Origin: Fimbriosthenelais zetlandica
Taxonomy: Eukaryota
Assembly: GCA_977030845.1 (NCBI GenBank)
Contig: OZ365111.1
Coordinates: forward strand, 42,284,001-42,348,000
DNA: 64,000 nt
Reading direction: 5' to 3'
The notes beneath the pieces are model-generated. The model ran no database searches. It was not told where the DNA came from and worked only from the letters and a program-made list of their open reading frames with translations. Below, one piece after another: positions 50,136-62,300 of this stretch (position 1 is its first letter; every line of letters starts with the position of its first letter). The position numbers were made by a program, and so were the translations under genes.

Positions 50136-51559
50136 GGGGGCCCGACGTAAGGATACACAGTACTACTGTAGACATCAACAACCAGAAAAACAAGTTTGTA
50201 TCCCATTACTGTGGTTGAATATCAGTGAAGATGACATCATAATACGGTCAGACTATCTTTCTCCCTGCTCGTGGTCTCTAAAACACCAACCTCTCACGAG
50301 ACGTCACTTTGAGACGCTCCAGACGCCATTAACAAACACGACGTGATTATGACGTCATCCCACGCACCATGACAAAGAGGCGTCTCCACGGGTCACGTGT
50401 TGAGAGGAAACTTCGATCAAATATTTACCATAACATTAGTACAAGGATAGATCCTGTTACAGATAGGCTCTGTTTTTGTCCTTGATGGCCAAGACGCTCA
50501 TTGACCGAGTATTTTAAGATGCTTACGTTGATGCTTCTTTTCAGAAGACATAGTAAACAACATGTTATGTTAGCTTTTCATAAGAGAAAGAAAGTTACTC
50601 TATAATGGAAGCTTGACGTAGGTCCTATATCTTAGCAAAGAAGTTTTAATGAAACGTCTGATTAAATAGAAAAAAGTCTTTCTAATCAAGAGAAACCATA
50701 CGAAAACATACGAAAACAGGGCGCATGTGATCAATATTTTAGGAATCACATCCATGTGCTCCTGAGACATAAAAACATTGTTCTGGATTACACAACATGG
50801 GAGATAGGGAGGCCATGTGACATTATCAAATTACACCTTATTACATGGTATATTACACGCGTTCTGAACCGCTGCCACTGCCTGCAGTACCGGACAGGGG
50901 CGAAATCGCGTGAACCCCCAATATAATTACACCAACCACACTCATGAAAATAGGGGCAATATCGTTACCCTCCCCTTCCGTGGCTACTGCCTGCTGCTCA
51001 ATGCACTACAGTGCACTGTAGTGCAAGTACAGTGCAAACCTTTCCATATATATACCATAATAATTATCTTACATGTGTGTGAAATATTTGCCGTTTCTGA
51101 TAACCGCATACACAATTAAGCACTTGGACATGGTATGAAGTTGAACTGAATTGGTTGGGTTATAGGGGACATTGTGATATTGGCATGATTTTGATATAGG
51201 TAGGAATGCATCTAGGTCCATGTATCTGCATGATGATTTAGTCATTATGAACTAAAATTTCTGGATGGAAGTGGCAATGTGCTAAACGGTATATAACCAG
51301 AAGAAGGTGTTTTGAAGCAGGACAGAATGCATGTTAAAACCCCCACCATCTCCAGCTATAAGGTGGCTATAGCTATTGTCATCGGCCCATTAGAAGCAAT
51401 GCTAAATTAGAAGAGGTAAAGAGGACTTTCACTCTGATGGGTCCTTGACATGCCACGTGCTAAAACACCTTTTATAAAACCAAAGTGGTATTCATTAATT
51501 CCCTCCTTAATACAGATAGAGCAGAGGTGAAAGATTCCCAAGGGACACGTCACCCCTTA

Positions 51560-51750
51560 ACAGGCATTTTGATTGGGCCTTAACGTTGAAGCAAGCAACA
51601 GTCAGGGTCATATTATCACCAGGAAGAAACACGCTGTTGGCGGGTCTTCGCGGATTGCTATTCAACGGACAATGGCAAATTTGTAGAATGCTTGGGAAAT
51701 TGAACCTAGGACCTCCCACATTTGAGTCAAACACTTTACCGTTCAGTCCT
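51560..51750 (-). mobile_element. Second tRNA-derived SINE-like family, degraded
   Basis: Minus strand CTGAACGGTAAAGTGTTTGACTCAAATGTGGGAGGTCCTAGGTTCAATTTCCCAAGCATTCT; the 3' part matches 45570-45600 (+). Body extent is approximate. Confidence 0.5.
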
Positions 51751-54700
51751 TTCTCATCAAATTACCCAACTGTTATGTTTTGACTTATGTATACACAGTT
51801 ACAGGATAAAGAGTCATGATAACAATACATATAGAAGGTAAGGTATGCATGTTAGGGTGGTGAATGGGGCAATGTCAGGTAACGTTAAAGGTAGGCCATG
51901 ATTTCTTAATGTCCGGATGTTATGACATGGAAATATTAATGGGCCATCATAAATTAAATAGGATGCACTTTTCAAAAATAATTTTTCTCATGTGACATTT
52001 AATCATGTAGGTTACGTTTGTGAAGAGTTGCAAAGTTGACTTTTCCGTTAGCTTTAATATTCACAAATTAAAATGTAATATTTTTTGCAGATTGGAACAT
52101 TTCTGGTTTTCAAATCCTTTCAATTCTTAGAAATTCACACAATAGTATATATATAACAATAGTAACTGTAACGTAAAGGTAATTGATAAATTGGGAAGTT
52201 TAGTAAACAATTGATAGTTTTTAATTAAAATGTTTTAATTAGATAGGATTTTCGTGACACAGTCGTGAGTTTCAGGTAGATACATGTATCTATTTTTGAC
52301 ATCATCGTTTCATGACTTCTATGCTTTGTCTTGACAACATAAAACCTTTCAAATTAAGCATAATGGTGACAAATGTGAGGCTCACATCATGATGTGTATA
52401 ATTGTGAATATACATTTTACATTGTAATCAGTATTTTCTATTCAGTAAAACATGCAAACACACGCTATAATGACTTTCTGAACAAGCCCCAGGGCCATAC
52501 TAACATCAAGATAAGTTATCTACTAATTTCCATGCTATCATTTTTACCCTCTCCCCCCAAGTTTTGCCCCCATTTTGCCCTCTGGGGTCGACTTCTGGTC
52601 ATGTGTGGGTGAGAGTCGCTGTGGTGCGCACACCTCTCCTCCACGCACTCAAAGCGCATGCGTGCATGCACATATATGCCTCACGCATGCGCACTCAATG
52701 ACCGGAAGGTTGGGCGGCCTAGTGGGGGATCAGCGCACGATATTGTACCTTTGATGGGGGAGAATAATTACTTCAGTTTTTTTGTGTGGTGTAAGACTTG
52801 ATGTAATATTCAGAAAAAAATCAGAGTGGGTTGCGGAAGGGATGTTTAAAAAAACATAATTAAGGGTTCATCAGGTACTTTTTATCTGTGTGTAGGGCTA
52901 GGTAGTCCAACAACTTAGACCGTCCTCCTCACCTTTCACTCACTCACAAAGAAATCCAAAACATTCCTTTCATATTTAAATTTATCATACTTAAAACTCA
53001 ATTTAATTTCAACTTTCTGGCAGTTCATATAATAGTATAGGTCATTATTCATTATAAAAATTTTGAGTTTAATTACATCCGTTTACCTCAGCAAAAGTAT
53101 ATTTATAATAGGCCTACTGTTATTGCCATTTGAAGGCATATTATAATGAATATATAATTATGAAAATATCAATAGGGATGTACGGTAGACCCAAAAGGCT
53201 AACTATGTATATTTTATCATTTAATTCCATCTATGTACCAATGTACGAAGTAAGACCTCTAAAGCATTCAGCTGTAGAGGTCAAAAATAGTGCTTCTGGT
53301 TCATAAAATATCATAGTTCCGTTTCCGGGTCAGGGACTATATATGGACGCGGGTCCAGGTGGTACTATTTTCGCGGAAGTATATCGTGAGATCAAATGAA
53401 TCAGGCGGAACAATTTCATATCCTTTGATGTGGTGTGATTTTGAATTGATATGATTTAGCATTGATATTATACACAAATGGACAAAAGTAGAAAAGATGG
53501 GCAAATGGAATTAAATGCAATTCAAAATATAAATATAGAAATATAATTAGGTTCATGTATGACTATGCGGGTGAAAAGTTCAGCTGGATTTTCCCACGTT
53601 GACTTTGAAGTTATTTCGAAAATAAAAAATTGAAATGCATAAAAATCATTAGACTAACTATGCAGTAAACTATTTCCGGGTGATTCTAATTCTAACCACT
53701 TTATGAACAAGCAAACACAGGGAAAACACGAGGGCAGCTTTTCATCCAAAAGAGATACTGTTCAGTCATGAAAGGAAGGCCTTGGGGATTGCAGGAAATT
53801 CCCATTTAAAATGTTTGTATTTTTTGGCAATAGAATCATAGTCGCTTTGCCCAAATCAACACAATCAAACAATAAAAGCATTATGGATGGTGAACCACTG
53901 AAAAATGATTTCTATTGATACTACTAATTGTTTGTACATGTAAATATATAACTATATTATACAGGGATAATTGTTTTTTAAAAGGGAAAAAAGTGGAAGA
54001 CGATAAATCCCAGTGGTGTAAACAGGAGGAACAACTCATAATACCAATGATTTTGTTGCATAATAGGTTTAGATAAGACAATGGAATATGCAAGCATCAT
54101 CCTTCTTGCACTAATTTATGCATGCATCATATATGCACTATATGACCTATGAGAGCTTCTGTATATTACATATATATCACCATATATAATCACACACCCC
54201 CACATCTATCACCATATCATACGAGGGTGATATATGGGTGCCTGGCTACAAGTGTTCCCTCATTATCGCTCACCTCATTGAGTATTGTGATAAAGTTTAT
54301 CAGGCCTGACAGACGTTTGGCAAATGTAATGCTTGGCACCATCCATCGCTAGCCAATCAGCGGGCGTGACACAAACACTGCTGATGACCAGCAGATGTGA
54401 GGGGTTAGGGGTTGGGGGCTTGTAGACTGCTCAAGGCCCATACGGAAAAAAGATGGGGGTTCCCTAAAGGGATCACACTTGTTTGCAACATCTCAATGAC
54501 TTGGAACTTTGAAGACACGATTTCAGAGATTTTTGGTCGCTCAAATATATTGACCCCCACCCCCTTTCAAAGATTTTGTCTCCCTGACCCTCGCTCTGCA
54601 AATTCTAGCAGGCCCCTGGACTGTGAAAAACGGTTCAGTATTCAGATGTTTAGCTCAATTACTATGAAAATTTTACGTTATTTTTCCAAGAGAGCAGAGG

Positions 54701-56432
54701 CAGAGAGTACAGAAAAGGGAAAAGAAATATTTCTTGTTAAGGTGACCCAGGCAATTCTAAATGGCGGGCATTTTCCCATATGGAAGCTCGCGCAGTGGAG
54801 CACGGCTCATTGTGTGGTTTTGGGTCGATGCATGAATGGCTTTTCTTTTATTAATTAGAAAGATGGCAGCGAAGAGAATAGCAGTATTGATAGGCATATT
54901 CCCTACACGTTAATGTTATTCTATATTATGGAGGGAGAGTCCCCCGGGGAAAATTCCACACGCCTTTAAAGCTATTTATATTCTTTGGCAATGGATATCG
55001 TGGCCAGGTAAAAAAACAAAGAATTATTCCATAAAGATATGACTAGGCCTACATAGAACAAAAATAAAATTCATGTCTCATGGATTCTAAAAATTGTGGG
55101 TTACTTCTAGTACCTATATAATATATGTATAGAGTTCTACTTAATCATTTTATCATCGATAGGCCTAATATGATATTTAGATTGTTTATTTATTTGGCAA
55201 ACGAAGGTTTCAGGGTTCATATGGGAATAGAAGTTGATGGCATGGTTGGGGGTCGGTGCAGGTGTAGGGGTGGGGGGTTTGGAAATGGGGTAAAACAGTT
55301 CCTGGGGTTTAGTGCTTTCCCTCTCTCCCTCCCACAGACATCCCTAATAAATCAGTAACCCTAATCCCTCCCGCCTGGCCACTGACCCAGCCACCAACTT
55401 TCCCAGCCCCAGGGTCAAAAGGGGGCAGTGCTTGGTCAATGTTGGCTATCCTAGCGCCAAGTGTGTCCAGTAAAAGTCTGACCTCGAAACGCGCACCTCA
55501 TCCTCATCCTTCTACACGCCTGCTGGTCATATTCTGACCGGAAAACAGGACGCTGGTCAGTCAAGACAGAGGGGTAACATATGTAATTCTCCCTCCATCT
55601 CCCTCTTTTCTGTCCATTTCTCTCTTCGATGCCCCTCACCTTTCTCTCTCCTCTTCTCCCCTCAACTTCTCTTTCTCTGCCTAATAGGTCTCGCTATCTC
55701 TCTCTCACACACTATCTCCTTAACATCTCGAGAGCTCTCTGAGTCTCTCACTCTCTCAGGGAGCTCCTTTCCCTCATTTCTATAGACTGTTACCCTTCCC
55801 GTCCCCTCCTCTGTGACTGTCCCCATCCCCACACCCCTCACACACCAACTCACCCCTCACTGCCCCTTTGTGAGCCGCCTTTTCCTATTTCATCTGATGT
55901 TGTCCGTCATACCAGACGTTATCTTATATCTGATAGACCTACAGAGGATCCATGTCCCTCGTCCTCAATCCGTAACTTACAACATTCCAAGCAATCTTGA
56001 TCATTGACTCAAAAATTGCCCTTCAAATCAACATCAATTTGTTCAATTTAAAGAAATGTCCATCTTTCCCTCATTCCTTTCATAGTCCGGCGGTTGCCAC
56101 AGTTGACGTCATTCCTTTTTAGACCGGAAGTGCGCGCACATCGCGTTTTGACCGGCGGCGCGTGCGGGCGATGTCGTCACAGCCGTCAAGGTCGCGACCT
56201 TGGTCCTAAAGGTCATGAAGGTCAGCGAGGTGCTGCCCCCCGGCCACCTAGCGGCGGTAATAAACTGGTCACGTGGATGTAATCAAGTGTCGTCTGCGCC
56301 TCTCAAAAATCTGTCAAAATGTCGTCTCCCTGACCTTTTGCCACAAAAAAGTGTCCATGGAAACGAGGGATGGGCGAGATGGGGCGATAAAGGGGGTCTT
56401 TGATAACAGAAGATGGACGCGATGGGCATTAT

Positions 56433-56571
56433 NNNNNNNNNNNNNNNNNNNNNNNNNNNNNNNNNNNNNNNNNNNNNNNNNNNNNNNNNNNNNNNNNNNN
56501 NNNNNNNNNNNNNNNNNNNNNNNNNNNNNNNNNNNNNNNNNNNNNNNNNNNNNNNNNNNNNNNNNNNNNNN
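56433..56571. other. Assembly gap (139 N)
   Basis: Run of N, followed by GA-rich low-complexity sequence. Confidence 1.
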
Positions 56572-57676
56572 AGAGAGATTGGGGGAAAAGGAATGGAGGG
56601 ACAGGGAGAGACAGAATGAGAGGTGGGGAGTCGAGAGATGGAGGGGGATAGAGAGCGAGAGATGGACAGAGAAGGGGAGAGAGCAACTGAACGAGAGCTG
56701 AAAGGGAAGAAGTGCATGGGGAGAGAATGGAGAGAGAAATGGGAGAGAGGGATGAGGAAAGAAGGTAGTATAGATAAAGAAAGAGATGAGAAAGGACGGG
56801 GGGAGAGGCCGGGAAGGTAACCACAAATGACTGATTTGCAGCCTTTAATTATGAGTGGTCACATGGCGGCGTGTAAACATGAACCATTAGTGAATCATTT
56901 ACCCCCTCCCACCCTCAACCCCCTAATGGTCACATGACCTGCCCTTGTTGACCCTGGTTGCTATGACGACATCGGTCACATGACCCTGTGACCTGCTTGA
57001 CCCCACTATAATTCGTCTCACTGCCGGCAGGGGCGAGGCATGTTGATTTAAGCATGGCATACGAGATAACCCCCCACCCCTTCCAGCCCCCCCCCCCCTC
57101 CCCCCACCACTCATATCCCAATCCCTCCCAAAGTCCCAAACCCTAAAACCCAGTAGACCCTATAGTACCAAGCACATTCCTTGTCCAAACTCTCTCCAGA
57201 CAAACTTCATCTGAACTATGCATAGACAGTACTTCATTCCCTAGTTCCCCAAACAAGAAAATCCCCACTTCAGTTCCCGTTCAAACACTCTGTATTTCTG
57301 AAACCCCTCAATATCCCTGGGAAGTGTGGCTTGGTCCAATATTGCCACCAACTTATGAATATTACCATCTTTAATATATCAGGTTTCATGGTCAATTTTT
57401 GCGTTCATTTCCACAAAAATGAATAGTGTCGTCAATCGCCCTCGAAATACCATTCAACCACGCATTCTTTAGTGTTGAAAATGAGTGCATACTGAATTAC
57501 CAAACACCATGTGAACAATTAGGGCTAACCAGGAATTATATTTGGTAAAATCATGAATTTGGCCATTGCATGGGGAGGGTTGTGCCACTATCAAGCTGGT
57601 ATTCCACCACTCCCCCAACTCCCTCAAGTAGACCCCACCATTATCCTACGCCCGACATTTTTTCCTTTGTTCTTTC

Positions 57677-58020
57677 CGGAGGTTTACCTCCATATTCTCC
57701 TCGCGGAGGTTTATTTCCAAGTCTCGGAGGTTTATTGTCAAGTCTCGGAGGTTTATTTTCATAATCCTCCGGAGGAGATATATTGAATTTGAAATGGAAA
57801 AATCTTGACTTGGGTGGGTTTCGAACCCATATTGGTGTGACCCTCTAAATGGGAGTCCATCACCTTATCCATTCGGCCATTGAATTTGCTATGATTGAGA
57901 TGTGTCTGGGCAGTAGAATAAGCTCGAAAGCCTCCTCGGTTGGTGAGGTTCTGCAGGTAAACCACCTCGCCTTCGGCTCGGAGGTTTACCTGCAGAACCT
58001 CCCCAACCTCGGAGGCTTTC
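57677..58020. repeat. Iterated CGGAGGTTTA motifs plus a 38-bp-arm inverted repeat
   Basis: Motif at 57677, 57704, 57725, 57746 and 57979; arms 57926-57963 / 57983-58020 with 3 mismatches. Confidence 0.9.
57806..57882 (-). mobile_element. tRNA-derived SINE-like head
   Basis: A box TGGCCGAATGG, B box GGGTTCGAAACCC; shares CATTTAGAG and ATGGGTTCGAA-CCCACC with the 7.9 kb copy. Confidence 0.7.
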
Positions 58021-58830
58021 TATCACGTCTCCGCTCCCACCTTACAGCATACATGTTATTTTTTCCTGAAGCATGATGAAGCTTGCCTAACATGTTCTAT
58101 TTTTAGATATTTGAATACCACGTGGTTGCGGCCACGCCCTAATGAAGCTGTATTCACGCAACTGTTTGGTAATGCAGTGCGCGGGGCTGTTGGGTCCGCG
58201 TCCAACTCTGAGTGCACGTACTCACTAAATAAAGGTCTACATTATACTAAACCGATTACACCTTAAACTCACCTCGACCCAACATGGCGGCAATCACCGA
58301 TCGAGTCCTCCAGAGGATTTTTTCTCAAACAAACAACCCCTCCCCCCACCAAATTCTAACTCAGGAATGTGAATTGCATTTGGTGAAAATATATTTGAGT
58401 CATTAAAAATATAACTTATAGTGTTATCTTCCTATCTTATTGATATCGATGCCAAGTCGGTTGTAAAATGTGTTCTGGGCTAAAATTGTGTGGAGTTCGG
58501 GTTTGACATGATTCATTCGCACTATCATTAATGCTATTCGTTTTGAAACGGACTGGAGCCGCATCACACAGTGTTTTGTCTAAGTAAATCTATCTGTCCT
58601 CCACAAGTGTAGAAAGGCCTTTACAACCAAGAGACGCTGGAAGGTGAAATATTTATCTGTCCAGTTAAGCAGTTTAAAGCTACACTTATCGATCGTTTAA
58701 ACTTCATTTCCACGTTCTTTGTTCCCTGAGGGTGGTCCTTCATGCCTCAACAATTCGAAAAGAGGGATTACAATTTTAACATTTACAATAGGGAGGAATT
58801 AATAGGTCCCAGTTCTTAACTAGAAAAATG

Positions 58831-58880
58831 TCAATACCAAATTCTTGATAATATTTCAATACCAAATTCTTGATAATATT
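58831..58880. repeat. Exact 25-bp tandem duplication
   Basis: TCAATACCAAATTCTTGATAATATT x2. Confidence 0.95.
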
Positions 58881-59159
58881 ATAGACCCCTTATATTTAAA
58901 AAAAAAAAGAGTAAAATATTGTATGGCTAAGCCAATATGGATTATAGTTAATCTAATATTTAGTACGGTTAGAGACACAAATATAAAGAGTTTATCTGTC
59001 CTAAGTGTACCCCCATAAACCCGACGTCCTGATGGCCTTTTGATACTCGCCTTTAGCTAATGAACCTTTCACATGCAAACTTATTGGCCAAGAACTATAC
59101 ATACAAGATTCGCAGAAATTTATTCATATATTAGGACAAATCTGAATACGTGTATGTGG

Positions 59160-59380
59160 CTCTCAAATAGCTGTACTCAAATAACTTTCTAATTGCTACA
59201 ATATTCATTCGCCTCTCAAATTGCAAGCGTACTCATTTGCCTATCAGATTGTTCGAGTAGGCCTACCCATTTGCCTATTAAGTATTTGCTATTATGTGGA
59301 TATAGGCTATTAGGTGAATCCAGAAAGGTATTACTATTGTCAATTCTGCGTATCCCTAACTTTTTGTGACTAGGATATTC
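59160..59380. repeat. Dispersed element with internal 28-bp minisatellite (copy 2)
   Basis: Units at 59199 and 59227 plus partial units, followed by GGTGAATCCAGA...CCCTAACTTTT. Confidence 0.7.
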
Positions 59381-62300
59381 ACAATATTTGAATGTTCAAC
59401 CTATGTTGCATCACCCAATATAATGTTATCGCTACAACTGAGCTAACCTTTCTTCCAGTTGAACTTTTTACCAGCTATATTTTTGGTACAATAATTGTCT
59501 GGGATTGAATGATTTTTTTAGGAAGGGAGGCTGGAATCTGGCGCCTTCAGGACATAATGCCAGATAATGCCTCTGGCCATCTTTATAACTCTGTTTAGCT
59601 AGGACTATTACTTGTAGCTATTTTTATCTATCCATTGTCTATAGAGAAGTAATTTTTTCAGTCTGGGATTTTTCCGGAGGTTTTGGACGAGCGGGTCTCT
59701 GGTCTTATCTGACTGTAAGATCGACAGTAATAGACCTCTCTGTCCACCCATTTGTCTCTGACGCGCCGAAAATAAGTTATTTTTTTCGCAATACAAAGAG
59801 GCCAGATTATTACACTAGTCGCTTTTGGTACATGCATGCAGGAGGGAATTTCTACGGCAAAAGGAGTAAAACGTAAGTTTAGAATAAAAAAGAAAAGAAA
59901 AAGCTTTTAGGATTAAGTAAATTATCCCAAATAAAACCATATTTCTTCCTTCGCCATAGACAGGAATGATACAAGGTAATAATTCTGAGGTATAGGAATG
60001 AGGCAACCCTCCCCCACCCCCTATTTTGAGGAAAATTTCTGCCTTCCACCCCCCAATAAAATTCCGCATATGGAAACTTAGACTATGCCCACCCTATACC
60101 TCCCTTCACTATCGAAGACCTTTCTTATCATTTACTTGATGCCTATATAGGCCTATATATACCGTTCATTTGAAGTAATTGATAGAGTAACATAATGTTC
60201 AATAGCCCTATATAAAATGCGACACAGTGGCTTCTAGGATATACCCCTGTAAGTGAAAGGAGCGGTCATCTCTTCATCCTTTGATTGAAAAGTGACCAGT
60301 CCCCAGCAGATATAACCAATGGTCAGTGTAGCTAGAGCTTGACCCTTTGACCCTTCCCCGCTTACACCACACTGAGCGTTCGAGTTGCCATGCACACCAC
60401 GGTAGCACATTTGGTGTCCAGACTTCAAATTTTGGCAGCTCCAGGGATGCGTGACAATGCCGGGCTTGTTAAATAGTGGATGTCTTATTAAGGAGCTGGG
60501 TCAAAAATATCATCTTAAGTGAGGGTGGAACGCTACTGTTTCCAGGGGATATGACAATGGGTGGTAAAATTTAGGACAGGAAGTTCTGATTATCTCAAAA
60601 AGTCACACAGTTCTCTCCAAGCCATTTGAATATTAATAGCTCTAGGTGAAATTTTAGTTAGAGCTAATTATATTATTAGAATTTATGTGAATTTATTAAA
60701 TTTATTTGCACTTCTGCTAATGTAAAAAATGATTAAACTGTTAAAATACCGCTCATTTCTTGTCACTTGCAGATCATTTAGATTCACTTAATTGTGCTAT
60801 ATTAGGCCGGTTTGCTGACGTGGTCATATTCATGGCAGTGGTTTTTCAAAGAAATAATTATTCAATTAAGGAAAGTTAGAAAAATATTTTTAAATTAAAA
60901 ATCCCCGGGTGCATTTTTTCAAATATATCAAAAGAAACTTTAAAATATTATATTAGTACCAACTTGGCTGTGGAAATATACAATTTGTATCTTGGTTTAT
61001 GACTAGTGGGTTTGTTTGACTTATAAGTTGGGTAATGAATTCAGTATAGGAGGTTGAGGAGGGGTGAGAGCGGGTGGGATGGGGTGTGACGGGCGGGAGG
61101 TACAGGCCCGGACCGCCGATACCAAATTAGGCACTCTCCGCTCAGGCCGCCCGACACACTCAGTGACGCCGTCCAATAGCAAAATATCTATAGGGGCCTA
61201 TTCAGGCTACTGCACAGAAAATGTCATCAAAAATACTTTTTCCCTGACATTTTCATGGGCCAAATAAATGGATGAAAAATTAGGACACTTCAATTATTTT
61301 TTTTAACTAAAAATTTAATTAATTCGATAGATAAAATTTACTTTAAGTATTTAAATATTTTAATTTGCAAAAATACAGGCCTGGATCCCATTCATTTTTT
61401 CGTATCAGAAAATATTATCATTAGACCTACACAAGAAAGTTCATTACAATCTGAAAAATATTTATTGAAAATTTGTTTAAAGAAATATAGTAAAGAAAAA
61501 ACGGACAGAATTTTCAGAAAACTAATCATGATTTAGGACAAAAATCAATGAAACAAACATTATTCATTGTTCTATCAACGAGAGTCATTTTACTCTATCT
61601 TGCTAGTCTTGGTCGCATGGTGGGGTTGGTCAAAGCCCATTGACCGAGTTGACGACTTGTTATACCATCAGTCATAAGCTGACCGTAATGTACATAAACA
61701 GAGGTGGCTGTACCCTCACACACTGACCACTACTGACCTAACTCTGGTAACAGTGGGGTAACATGGTCACACTGGTTACCAGGGCGCGCGTAACACCCCA
61801 CTCAACCACTGACCACACGCGCGTAACCCTTGGTAACTCACTGACCCAGCTTGACCCCTGACCTGAGGTCAAGTTGTTGGCAATGGTCAGCAACAAGTGT
61901 AGATGTAATCTTGATCAGTTATGGTCCTAGATCATGTCAGAACACATGGGGGTTGCTATGAACACGCGTCCACTATTCACGAACAGGACAATCAAATTCT
62001 CGGAAGTTGTCGTTGTGTTTTTAAAAGCAGTTTTTGAATAAATCTTAGATGTGGAAATCTTAGGAGGAAAACCACCGCATTATTATCATGAATGGGCGTG
62101 GTGGTTGGGATGGGAGGGATGAACAAGGAAAGAAAATCGCGGACGGGGGAGGGGGGTTCAACAAAGGAAAAACCATTATTGCCCAATGTATCCAATTCCA
62201 AGAGTAGGCCCTCCTATATTTCCAGGAAAGAATGAAGGAAACCTCAGGATATATTTCTAAGATCTATAATAATTAAGCATTATGTATTCTATACACATTG

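Noticed and set aside
54412-54858. 148-aa ORF
   Set aside because: Non-ATG start, no domain similarity or coding-like composition; length is within chance for 64 kb.
2412-58125. Circadian E-box (CACGTG) enrichment
   Set aside because: About 13 seen versus about 8 expected; not distinguishable from background.
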